DNA from: Vezdaea acicularis
Lineage: Eukaryota
NCBI GenBank assembly: GCA_026025075.1
Contig: JAPEUI010000022.1
Coordinates: 124,001-188,000 of the forward strand
DNA length: 64,000 nt
Direction: 5' to 3'
Below are positions 25,296 to 37,271 of this stretch, one piece after another. A program made the position numbers and the translations under genes. The notes below the pieces were generated by a model. The model did no database searches. It saw only the letters and a program-made list of their open reading frames with translations, and had not been told where the DNA came from. Position 1 is the first letter of the stretch. Every line of letters starts with the position of its first letter.

Positions 25296-28200
25296 GGCTC
25301 GGCCGTGGTATTCAAGGCAGACCCATCAAAAAGAGAGGTTGATGAGGTCGGAAAGGGCGAGAATGACGAGGCAGCGGTGCAGGCGTTCGGTCATCCGTCG
25401 GAATGGATTCACGATTGCTTTGCTTGCTCTTGTTCCTTACGAGCGGCCAGTCTGACTGGTGGTGGAGGGTCGGCCGGCACAGGGCGGTGGTTGGTTGGTC
25501 GGCCCTCCGCTAGTGCGGCGAATGCAGGCCGTGAGCTACCCGAACGCGCAATTGGGATGGGAGCAGAAAGGCACGAGAGGGAGGGGAGGGCATGGAAGGG
25601 AATGGCTTCACGGGGCGGCGGATGGGTCGTTGGGAGCGGCGTGCACGTTACACAGGAGAGGCAGAGGAGTAGAGGGATACCCAGCTCTCCATGGCCCTCG
25701 ACCTGCGACTACATGGCGAGCGGTTGAGGAGCGCAACGGCGACGGCAACGGCATCAGCCAGATGGAGGGGTGGCGGGCTTGTCGCGCCGGCGTCCACCCG
25801 GCTGCCCTTAGGAGCCCCCTCGAGGGCACGTCTCCGCCGCTCACCTCGAGCTCCGGCGAACTAAGATGATGCCGGCCGCCTACGATGCTGGCGGCGGTGC
25901 GAGAGGAAAGCCAGGATGAGGAACGCGAGAGATCGAGCAGTTCCCTTCCCCTCCATCGTCGTGCCTTTTTGGCCGCCCGTTGTGGCCGTCCGTCGCGGCG
26001 CCCCGCCGCCCCCCCCTCCATCGCCCCTCCGTCGTCCCTCCTTTCCGCACGGGCGGCCCCACCACCGGCCACGGCGATTCGATTGTTTGACGAGTCCACG
26101 TGAGTCGGCTCGCACCGCGCTAGCCTGCATGCGGCAAGCTAAGCGCGCCTGGGTCGGCGACTAATGCCGCCGGAAAGCGACGCTCCTCTGGACCCTTGAT
26201 TTCGCTTTTCGCTTTGAGCGAGCGCCCGCCGTGCTCGCTCACAGAAAAGCCTTGGTGGCTCCACGGAAAAACCAACTTCTCCATCCGTAACATCGTCATC
26301 ACGGTCATGGAGGCACGGGGAGAGAGGACGTAGCATGGCGCATGAGGCTCACGAGGCATGTCCGTCCTGCAAGCAGAGCATCGCACCTCTCCACCCGTCC
26401 CAAACACTCGCTTTCTCCCTCGAAAGCCTCCTCGCCTGCGATCCCACCACATCTGGCCTCCGCGGGAGGTGTCCCTTGGGCTGTCCCTGGGACGAAGGAC
26501 CCTTAACCTTTTGGCGGCGAGGTCGGAAGCCGCTGTGGCAAAAACGTGAATCTGTGCATGCTCGTCCATCGGACGGCGATCGAGAAAGGAAAAAAGTACG
26601 CCGCAGAGCCTTCTCGACGCGACGTGCAAGAGCTTGCCAAGCGGATTGCGGCGCTCCAGTCCGTGTCGTGCAGCCGGCCTCATCCTCCGGCGACCAATTG
26701 ATCATCGTGCCGATCCACACGCCCGCCGCCAAACCAATCACCTCGTCCTCGCGACGTCTCTCTGACTCGACGCCGACGCCTTTTCCATCATCGAGCGCCC
26801 ATCTGCCAGGATGCACTGACAGCGACGGGCGGCATGCTTTTCTTGTCCCTCCCGGCGCGGCGCAGGCGGGGGCGGTACATGTCAAGCCTTTACCTACACT
26901 CTCCATCTGCTATCTTGAGTGTTTGAAAGAAAGACAGAAAGAGTGAGGGATGGTAGGAGCAGGAACAGTCAGATGGACAAGTCTTAGCGTGAGGGGGCCT
27001 CTCTGACATTTCTTAGCACGTGATACCACGCCCGCTTCAAGGGCTGTGTGTATGTTTGAATGTCTCCGGGCGAGAATCACCAGCACCATGAACAAACTAG
27101 TCGGATCTCCCGTGGTACTACATGATGATCGTAACGGCACTCCTCACCATTGGCCCGTTGGTGAGCAGACTGCGCAGGTCCTGGCGTTGTAGTTTGCACG
27201 AGATGATGCACGGCTCAGAACGAGGAATCGGTGTATGCACATGTCTCCCCGAGCATCAACGACCAGAAAGCTTATGCTTATGATCGGCCACTGCTGGAGC
27301 GGCTATAGCCCCGCTTGTTGCACAACCCCAATGTGAAACAAGTAGCGACCCTAGATCTGTCGGAAGATCTTCTGGAGACTGTTCTCTGCTGTTCACAGGA
27401 CTTCAATCCCCTACTAACTGCATGTTTCTGCCATCTGATGTGACATTCAAGGGCTCCTCGATGATGTGCTTGTACCGTTACCCGATTTGTGGCTACCCAG
27501 TGAAGATAAGGAGTACTGGAAGAGTCGATTGGGTGGGGATGTCGATGCTACTAAGACGAGAGATTGATGATTGTGCATTGTGGTTGGATAAGAGTCTCGC
27601 ATCAAGCCCCATGGCGTCTCTTAAGACTCTGGCTATAGCGAGCTTAGATTATTGACGATATCGTCGATGGCGAGAAGTGAAAAATTGTTAACAATCAAGT
27701 GAGATATTGGCGTTGGCTTGTAAGCCATGTTACCAACTTCTCTCCCGGATCAAAACCAAGTGGCCTGCCAATGTGTTCCTCTAGGCCGTTTTAATATTGG
27801 ACAAAAGTACTCTTGATTCCGGCTAGCTGAGAGTAAATCAGCCATCTGTCATTCCAGTGTTTACTACCTTGGTAACAAAAAGAGCTTTCCATTAAACCTT
27901 GTTACCCAAGCGCCCTTTTCTACCCTTTCCCAAGCTCCCTTCTCTTTCGGAAAGAGAGGGTTCACGACCCGTTTCATCAGCTTGTGTGCTTTCGCGTTCC
28001 ATTGATAAGAATATCTGGATCCTGGTAAGTGTTTCCAATATCATGATCTCCAGATGCTTAAGTGGAGACCAGTCTCTCTAAAAGACCTAGATACTCCGTC
28101 GGGCCTGCACCGGCTCAGGAGCCAAAGAGAACGACAAAGTCTCGTCCGGTAAGTTGCAATATTATACGGATGTTCTCAAGTATACTTCAATAACTTAATG

Positions 28201-29858
28201 AAAATGACTTAGCTTATGTGTTCGAAGTGTTAAAATCTGCAACATTTTACTTCCTAACACAAAATGCAGCACAAGATGAAGGTACCCGAGTTCGTTGATG
28301 TACTCGATGCTGAGAGTGGAAAGAAGCGACTGTGGGATAACCAGGGAAAGTTATCTCTGAGCTGTAACATAGTGAGTATGGATAACCTCGATAAGCCCCA
28401 GCTTCGGATTAAGTCCGGTGCAAGGATGTCTCCCTAAAGGCAGTTGATGGAGCTTCTCAAATATTATGAGAAACTTGATATTTCACTAATACGAAGTTGA
28501 AAGGAACAAGCACTGCGTCTTGACTATCTCAAAGCTTGTACCCTAAATAGCGGTACATCACGCTGGTTGAAATGCAATTTGTTGATCAGAGCCATGCCAG
28601 ACCGAAGCAGTTGACAAAATTGATGGCACAGAAGCGAACGATAAGGCATGTTTACCCATCAGTATACGTTACCCTTAGTAGTACCGAGATGATTGGCAAT
28701 CGATAATATGTATTCTTAGCATGAGCTTGATATTACTGTGCCTTTGCTCTTGTTCGAACATCATGCTCCGGCTAATGCCCGTGCCCTGGCAGGGCCGTTT
28801 GTGCTTTCTAGTGTGTATATTTAGCTATGGGGGAAGTCCCGTTTTGTGCCCTCGATTGAGTAGCATTTAGCTGTTGGGGGACGCCCGCTTATTCGCCATC
28901 AATTTCGTCCATAGCTTCGGACTCCCTAAAGCTTAGCGAGACCACTAGAGTTATCCTTTTTAAGCCAATCACAGCGTTAGCTTTGAGAAACGTCCTCGCT
29001 AACGCCATAGCGTCCGACTCCATGAATTACCTCGAGGGATGCCAATGCACTCTCGCCGTTGCATTCCTAAAGACAACTACAAGCCTGGGACGACCAATTG
29101 TATTCATTGCAACGTCATAGCAGCGCACTAAACTGTGCAGCAAAGGATCGAGCATGCGATGCCTCTACATACTCGAGCGAAAAAGGTTGACACCACGATC
29201 GGACCAGTGTAAACTGCACGAGAGAAATAGACGGATCCAGTCAGATACACAGAGGGTAAAGTAACTATACCTTAATGCTACATGGGCCGTGCTCCATTGC
29301 CTGTTCCTTGTTTCGCAGCTTGGGGCCGTGGCCGCCCGTCCTAAGGATGCGATCCTTATCGGCAAGGTGAAACTCGGGCCTAAGCTCCTGATACCCTGCA
29401 TGTTTGGATAATGGAATCCCCCAGATATCTCCAAAGAGAAAGCTTAGCACCCTGCTTCGGCAACATCGAGGTAGTGCCGTGCCTAGACGGGCCATAGGGC
29501 GTTTCGTACTAGCGCTTGGAGAACTCAAACCGGAAGAATGGGCGTCCCGGTGATGAACGAAAGCCTCCCTGTTTCGATGGAGGAGATTATGGTAGGATGG
29601 CTGATGTCATGGTCAGACATCGTACGTCGTGAGATCAGCTGCAATTGACCTCGAATCATGGACTTGGTTTTGGATATGCGGAATCAATGCAATCGTGCCG
29701 AGGAAGGCTGAAAGGGAGGCCCCTATATAAGTCGAGGTACTTCTCGAGCAGAATTTTGAAGTCACCCTTCAAAGCACCTACGAATTCCGACTTTCAATTC
29801 GAAGTCCTCATTGTATTTTCTCCAAAGACTGGTTCTTTCCTTCGATTCAATTTCCATC

Positions 29859-30278
29859 ATGCGTTTCACAACCTTCTTGCTCTCAACGCTGCTGGCAGCT
29901 AGTGCCTCTGCAGCAGCAATCAACAGCCCCGTCGGTGGCATTTCCAGCCTACAAGCTCGAAATGAATTCCTGCAGAAGCGCCACTTCCTCTGCAATGGTG
30001 GTACGTTGTTCTCGGGTTCCTTCTAGTCTCCATGTATCCCCTCGGTGCTGACAACGATCCCTCCAGTCGACTCAGAGACCATTTGTCCTGTCGGCGAAAC
30101 GATGGTTCCTACTGACCAATATGGACGAGATGCGATCGCCGCTGCTGGTAGGGGAAGCGACACTTCTACCTCCACAAGCACGTCGGCGGCACCAGTACAC
30201 GCGGCCACACCGCCTCCCGAACCTACCCCAGGCAACTCCACTCAGCCACATCATCATAAGGGAACCTGCCACGATTAG
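29859..30278 (+). CDS. Small secreted protein
   Basis: TATATAA at 29724, signal peptide MRFTTFLLSTLLAASASA and a KR site. Intron 30001-30066 (GTACGT...CTGAC...CAG) joins in frame to a Ser/Thr/Pro-rich exon ending HHHKGTCHD. Confidence 0.8.
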
Positions 30279-30813
30279 AATGGCTACAACGTGTACCTTG
30301 CTACTTTGGGGGACAGGTGAAGCGAACAGTTCTTCCGGCTGGCTCCGTGGACTTTGTCATACATTAGAGACTGAAAGCTTTGTTCAGCAGGTCGTGGACA
30401 GTATTGGAGTATAGCAAAGATGTTAGGTTCCTCTCTACTAAGTACGAAGGACCTGGATATCATTCAAAAGTTAAACTCAAGTATGTAAAGTAGACTGCGG
30501 GCTCTCATTACATGAGCCTGCGCTCTCATACCAAAACAATAGAAGCTATGGTGTTGCTACCAATCATGAAATTCACAACTGAGCAAGTCTGATATGCACC
30601 TTATGGCATAGTGCTTTTTAACTTAGGGGAGAGCACAAATGACTAGGAAGCCTTCATTGCAGATTGAAGTTCAGCCTACATGTATCCGTGTATAGCCTGT
30701 AGCGAGCACTACGATGTCCCGTATTCAGGGAAGCTCAATTGTGCAATTTCGGCGATGCCAGGAATACCAAAGCACCGTTCCACAGAAAGTTTGAGTGCTC
30801 ATCAACTAGAGTA

Positions 30814-31050
30814 TCGAGAAAGTTCGAGACGATTGGTCTCGCGTGTTTCGCTTGAGGCACAGTGGGGTGCCGACAAGCGAAAGTTCGAGAAACTACTCCA
30901 GTGAATTGCGGGGATCGCGATTCTGCAATCGACCGAACAGAGCGAAAAGTCTAGAAAGAACTCGATGCCGCCGTGACATACGAATTACGCAAAATGAACC
31001 TCCAAATTTTTCTAGCAAATTCCAAGGCTCTGGGGTCTGGCATCTATAAA
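30814..31050 (+). promoter_or_regulatory. Heat shock elements and TATA box of the small HSP gene
   Basis: Perfect GAAnnTTCnnGAA at 30879-30891, related copies at 30814-30829 and about 30943-30957, and TATAAA at 31045. Confidence 0.8.
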
Positions 31051-31192
31051 GAGCCGCCTTGACACCCCGACAGTCCTGATCTTCAAAGAAACATCAATCC
31101 CTTCAATGCAAGCCTGCAGACCACTGCTACGACTTCCAAGCAAAATCTCTAGAATCACCAAGCCTTCACAACTCAGACTACAGACAAGAAAG

Positions 31193-31771
31193 ATGTCTCT
31201 CTTCCCACGCTTCCCAACGAGCGAATTCGCCCCCATCTTCCGTCTCCTCGACGACTACGACGTCCATCGAACATCTCGCGATGGAGGTCTCGGCGGTCTC
31301 CAATCCTTCCAACCAAAGTTCGACGTTCGGGAGCTGAAGGATAGCTATGAGCTTCACGGCGAGCTTCCAGGCATTGACCAGAAAGACATCACAATTGAGT
31401 TCACCGACCCTCAAACACTAGCAATTCGGGGCCGTACCGAGCGCGAATATTCCTCTGGCGAGCAACCAGCTCAGGGTCGCATCACTGGCGATGTTACGAA
31501 CAAACCCCACCAACCGACGGTCGAAGATGAAACTTCTCAGAACGGTTCTACAGCAGTCACTGAGACGTCAAAGGACAAACATGTCTCGAAGGAGCATCCG
31601 AAGAGCAAGTTCTGGGTTTCCGAGCGCTCAATCGGCGAATTCCACCGGAGTTTCGGCTTTCCTACACGCGTTGACCAGGATGCTGTCAAGGCGAATCTAA
31701 AGAATGGTATTCTTCACGTCGTAGTTCCAAAGGCTGCGGCACACCAGGCGAAGAAGATTACTATTGGATGA
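31193..31771 (+). CDS. hsp30: Small heat shock protein (Hsp20/alpha-crystallin family, Hsp30-like)
   Basis: MSLFPRF...FAPIFRLLDDYD, FQPKFDVRE...YELHGELPGI, WVSERSIGEFHRSFGFP and KANLKNGILHVVVPK. Confidence 0.96.
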   Translation: MSLFPRFPTSEFAPIFRLLDDYDVHRTSRDGGLGGLQSFQPKFDVRELKDSYELHGELPGIDQKDITIEFTDPQTLAIRGRTEREYSSGEQPAQGRITGDVTNKPHQPTVEDETSQNGSTAVTETSKDKHVSKEHPKSKFWVSERSIGEFHRSFGFPTRVDQDAVKANLKNGILHVVVPKAAAHQAKKITIG

Positions 31772-32833
31772 ACAGGTCTCAGGCAGGACTATGTGACGCA
31801 ACGAAGTCTTGAAGCATACTTAGCGGGAAGGATATTGCGGGTCATCGAGGTGCTGGAAGCGACGGAAACTGGGCTTTAGCGATCTTTCAAGTGGTGGAGG
31901 TGGACTTGTGTATCGACTATTGCAATTGCATTCTCTACACTGGCACAGTATAGCATCGAACAAATGAATCATTGCTGATTGAATTTAGCCTTTCTGCACC
32001 AAAGTGACGAAGAACTTTAATAAATCTATTATCCTTGGTACCTACTACTCCTGTCGTACGTGATACGTACATACTGCCCTGCCGCGTTGGGAATAGTTTA
32101 CTGTCTACTCGTACATGCACATCTGATACTGAGACGAGCCTTAAGGATGAATCTACGCTTGCAATCAGGTACCCTAATCCAATAGTGAAGAGTCTGGCTT
32201 CAAGCGGATAATTAGCCTCATAAAATCTAGGGGATCTCGTCGATAACGCGGTAGCATCAAGGATTTGATGGCCTGTGCCCTGCACGGGCGAGGCGAGCTC
32301 CTGGCTCCCGTGAATGTTCCATATGTGCACTTGGCTCTCCGTAATCCACGCTCCTACTAGGTCATGAACAGCATGCGTGAATTTATTGGCCTGACAGAGT
32401 AGGCTCAGATAAGGAATCCTCCCTCGGGCTTGTTGGAAATTGCGGGAAATAGATTAGCAATGTCACCTGTCTCTTACAACTATTTTTCCCGTGAGAAACT
32501 TCTTATTTGAGTACCTGCGAATTGAACAGAATAAGACGCCTGTGCCAGAGAGGTGGTGAGACCAACAAGGGAGAAAATGAAGGGCTTCGCGCTCGCTCCC
32601 TTTGGGATTCTAAATGTGAGAGATATGTGAATGCACAGCGGCAAGATCGTTGCAAGATACATGGGTATAGAAGGAAACCCGCAGCGAAGAAAAATAACCA
32701 CTCTGTTGGTTTCGCCATTGCACCCTATCCCTAACTAAGACCGGGGAATGATAAAGCCTTACAATGCATCAACGCAGTTGCTATAAATGTATGCAGTGAT
32801 AAAGTAAAGCAGGGAACCACCTTTTGCTAACCA

Positions 32834-33472
32834 TTAATACTGTTTTGTGACCGCAGGAAAGGATGGTAGCTTAGGACAACGGCTAGGGGGAGGGATCAGC
32901 TTCAAATTCTCAGGAGGTGTATCCAGCCTAAGTATTATGGCTAGATAAGTATTCATAGCCACAATATCTCGATCTAAGGTATCTGCGCCTGACTGGAGTA
33001 CATTGGCAATATAGCTATTAATGCACGATAATCTTGAGTCGGTGAAGGATAAGTCGAGGTTAATCATGCCTTGAACATGGCTGTTGGCACTATTGACTTT
33101 GTCTTGTAGTAGAGGGAAAGGTGAGTATCGGGAATCGAGTAGCGAAGCCACGCCAAAGTTGATGTAACCCGCTTTTATATCATCGTGTAACTTGATTTGA
33201 ATTTCGGCAGCAGCATACGTACTTACGATTGTTCTATATGAATCGGCTCGGGGGTGGTTACCAAGGAATTGAGCTATCGTTGCGTGATAAGGATCAATGA
33301 AGTCCATATCAGTGTTGAGTATGTTTGCAAGATAGTTATTAATAGTCGAAGCTCGTCGGTCGCTGGAGTTTAATATCGACGTAAACTGAACTTCAAGGTA
33401 GTCGCGGACCAGTGAGGTATTGACGTAGCCGTAGGTAGCTTCAAGCGATGCCCTCCACGTGTCTGAGTTCAT
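32834..33472 (-). CDS. Hypothetical protein with 22-aa amphipathic repeats
   Basis: 212-codon ORF with an internal D-x5-[IM]N-x-Y[LI]A-x-[IV]L repeat at 22-residue spacing. Its ATG overlaps the upstream gene's TGA. Confidence 0.5.
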   Translation of the reverse strand: MNSDTWRASLEATYGYVNTSLVRDYLEVQFTSILNSSDRRASTINNYLANILNTDMDFIDPYHATIAQFLGNHPRADSYRTIVSTYAAAEIQIKLHDDIKAGYINFGVASLLDSRYSPFPLLQDKVNSANSHVQGMINLDLSFTDSRLSCINSYIANVLQSGADTLDRDIVAMNTYLAIILRLDTPPENLKLIPPPSRCPKLPSFPAVTKQY

Positions 33473-35209
33473 GAACTGTTCTGCGGACGTTTCAATTCGG
33501 CCTTCTGGGGAGGCAAGTGCCCTTCCAGCTCTGCCGCCACTGAGCTGGGCATCTCTGCAACTCGCGTCACATGATTCCCTGATGGGTCCGGCAGTTCTTG
33601 AGCCTCTGGCTCGTACAGCGTTGAACCGCTTTTCTGCGCTGTCGTAGGCTTGTCTCCTTCGTGAGGAGGTGTTGGAGCTCGCTTTCGGAGCTTCATAGCT
33701 ATCACTATCAACACCAAGGAGACGACGACCAGCAGTCCCGCTAGTGATATGCCCACAACTGCACCAGTACTCAGCATTCGAGGCTTCTTTAGGGAGGTAG
33801 ATGGAGCTGACATAGCCTGTATTGAATCAATTTGGACTATATCCGGAGAGGCATTGTTGCTGAAGTCGCATTGAGAAATAGAGAAGTTCAACCGCTCGTA
33901 GTCGGTAGTCAAGTAACTAACCACAATAAGCCAACAATCATTATATACGGATTAAGATATCCATAACTTACGCTTCTTGCAGAAAGGTCCTGCCAAGAGT
34001 ATATTGGGTGTCATTGTCAGCTCTCTTTAGAGGAAAATATCTTGTCTCATTAGGATAAAATGGTGGACGAGCCATCACATCAAATGCAGCGTAAGGCAAC
34101 ACGATATCAATAGTCGAGCCCCCTTTATCGTTTGTACCTAACTGGAATGTAATCGATGGATTCTTCTTCAGAAGCTCATTGTGCGCAGTATCGTTAACGA
34201 GATAGACCTCGTAAGTATCATCCCAAGTAAGTTGAAAAGTGCGCGCAAATGAGTCGCACGCATCTTGAGGAAGCCAGATATGTGGAACGGTTGAATCAAT
34301 AAAGGCAAAGATACCGTTAGACCACAAAGGCAACATCGCCCCTGAAATGTTCGTGTGGATAGATTGGAGACCAACTACCAGATCTCGGGAGGTATCCGGA
34401 GCGAGAATGAATGACATGTTATTTGGTTGGAATCGAGAACGATCGAAGCCACCAAAAACCAAACTCCCTGGGGTCCCCTCCGATTCTATAAAAGTTGAAT
34501 GAGTGCTTCTGTTGAACGCATTCTAGCTACTTACGATAATGAGCTCCAGCCGTGTAGCTCCACGATAAGCTCGGAATTATCCCTTTATCCTTCAACGTGG
34601 CAAAGAAACTTGGTTGCGGATCCGTCATATCTGTAAAATTGACCGGTCGTGGCCCAATCCCGAATAGGCCAATGTACCAGTCTTTGACTCTCACTCCTGC
34701 AACAGTTTGGTTGTCCAAAGAAGGTCCATGTGATGAATTATCGCCAAGTCCGACGGTATCCTGTCCATATGAGCCATTTCCATAGTAGCCCAAGTTTGTT
34801 TCCAAGCCAAGAACGTAGGTCCCTTTGCCCTGCCAGCTTGATGACTGACTGAACTTTACGAGACTGCCTCTGTCGGTCGCACAGGTCGAGCTGTCACTCT
34901 GATTGCAGCCTGTTGTATCAATTACCCATGTTTCCTGACCATGGGTTGAAATCAGAACTCGTGCGATCTCTTCGGGTGTTCCGACTCTGACATCAAACAG
35001 AGACCAATTCCCGTCAATCCCTGCCCTGCTCGAGGTCAGCTATCTCTATATCATTGTCGACTCAAGATCGCCCACCAGTCTTGGCTAGGCTTGAAGTTCA
35101 GAGGCTGACAAGCTGCGTTATCCCTAGCCTCAAGTTCGCTTTCCATCGGAAGGTTTCCTCCCAACGCTACACCTACAACAAGCACTAGCAAGATAGTAAG
35201 CGATAGCAT
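33469..35209 (-). CDS. Pepsin-like (A1 fold) single-pass membrane protein, catalytic motifs degenerate
   Basis: Four exons. Signal peptide, GIDGNWSLFDVRVGTP, IPSLSWSYTAGA, LVFGGFDRSRF, YTLGRTFLQEAYL, and a TM segment GAVVGISLAGLLVVVSLVLIVI followed by basic residues. Confidence 0.9.
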
Positions 35210-36235
35210 GATCAGTTGCTGCTCGACTAGCATTCGACGATGCACGATATCTCCAGAAGAATGGTAATGACGCTCCACAAGAATCCCAAATGAGATGCAA
35301 GCATACGTCGATAGAAACACCGTGTATTCCTACCGCACTAGGCATACAGCAGCGAAAAAAAGAAATTTTTGTACAGAGAGGCGTAAAAGAGCATGTCCAT
35401 CATGGATCGAGAGGACAGGCAAAGGCTCTCTAATATTTCAGAAGATGGCGCCAATCCGAAATGTTGTAGAAATGCACGGACGCAATAGGTCAATTTAAGG
35501 TGAGCTCTATAGAAATATGGCGCATAAGTGAAGCGCAATGTCCTAACATCGTTAAGGCGTGGCTTCATGAATCGAGCTTAAGCGTTCGAAGGCAGCGGCG
35601 GATTGTCACCTGCTCACCAACAGCATGAAGGATCGTCATTCCATGAATCACCATCCGTCTGAGGACTCGATTGCAGAAGAGACCGAGCTCGCTTCTAGGC
35701 CGGCGACGAAGGAAAAGTTCCTCACTCGCATTGGCATTGCACGCGGGTGTAACGAACGATCTGAGGGTGTGGTCGCATGGAATGACATCCTTGTAACGAC
35801 GCTCGCTATTACCGCACAGTATTTCACTCCTCGATCCCTTTACCGCTAGGTCGCATAGATAATATATTTTGACAATTGTCTTGAAGTTCAAGGCTGAGCT
35901 CGATGTTCGGAGTTCATTCAAGTCGTAGCGTTAGATGTTTCTTTAAACTTGCGTAGCGTTACAAGCCTAACGCTACCAAAGTTGGAATTGGCTCCTCAAG
36001 CGTAGCCAGGTATCAGCTATCAAGAGCCGCAATACTTTCACACCTATTAACTGTGCGAAAGTAACTTCGACTATGTTGCGTCAGAGGACCAACATATTAT
36101 CATTCTAGCTACTGAGCGTCCTGGGCAGCTACATTTGAATACCTAGAGCGCTAGTCAATTCGGGGCTACATCTAAGTTTCCTACCGTTGCAGTATTCAAG
36201 TTGCCCCAGCGAAATAATCACCGTCCTCCCTCATT

Positions 36236-37271
36236 ATGCCCCTGTCTTATCATTACGTGGGTCGAATTCAAATAGCTATCGTTATCTGTGTTCTGGTCTC
36301 CACAACATCAACTCAAACCATAACAGGTACGTTATTAGATATTCCTGCCCGTCTCATACCAACAACCAGTAGGCCTCACACCCACGCCACCGCAGATACC
36401 AGCGCCATACACTTCTTCTTCAACGCCCATCTCGCCGGCACCACCGCTGCAACAAGCAGTACAGACATTTGGTCTGGCCCCTCTAGCTTATCAGACACTC
36501 CTCTTCAGTCTGCTCGAACCTGCGCTCAGCGCCATATCGCAAGCAACTGCTATTAGCACTGCTACCATCAAAAATGCTGACGTAGCAGAGACTAGTTTAG
36601 CAAATACTAGCCTCTCCATCAATCGCAATTCAACGACTGAGGGCCTGATTCATAAACCACCTATGGACGAGTCTTCAAGCAACAGTTCCGCTGCCAAAGA
36701 TTACTTATCTCGGACGCCGCTTAAAGTTTCTAAGGCCAGTGACTCCACGGAATCTTTAATGGCTCCCTCTCCAAGTTTCCCATATTACCAGAATTTCAGA
36801 TCCGCCCCCGCTAGGGTATTTCCAAGTTTGGGAAAGCACCTCCTCCATTGGTCCCGACGACAGATCTTCATTGGATGTCTTGACTCACTTCGCATGATCA
36901 CCTACACACGAGAATCTAGATTAGACGAATCTACCCGCCCCTCGGGTCTTAGTGCATCTACCATTTCGTCCCTTGCGAAGACCTTAGAGCAATCTGTCCC
37001 TGCTGGAGAATTTGCCCCCTCCTATGTGTCAACAATGAGCACCGTAACTTTGGGCCCGAATACCACTAAGCCCAGTAACAGTTCCAGCGAGGCTTGTCCT
37101 ATTAGTACGAGTGCTATCGTGGGGAACAGTACCATTTCTAACGCTTCTACTACCCCTACCTCAGTCTCCATGTCTTCAGTGCACGAGGGCATCAACACCC
37201 AAACAAATGGTACGCTTGTCTACCTGCGACCAGAAGCTGCGGAAGTTCATATATCAGCGACCTCCTGGTAA
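36236..37271 (+). CDS. Putative secreted Ser/Thr-rich (mucin-like) protein
   Basis: Exon 36236-36326 has a hydrophobic signal. Intron 36327-36372 (GTACGT...TAG) joins to a frame open through 37271 with S/T-rich sequence and N-x-S/T sites. The 3' structure is uncertain. Confidence 0.5.

Noticed and set aside
25300..26950. Many overlapping 60-255 aa ORFs on both strands
   Set aside because: Expected from stop-codon scarcity in GC-rich DNA. Translations are Arg/Gly/Pro/Ala-rich with no domain.
31935..32718. Minus-strand ORFs downstream of the 22-mer repeat ORF as an independent gene
   Set aside because: No convincing start or family. They may be exons or relics of the upstream ORF, and one required intron would be only about 32 nt.
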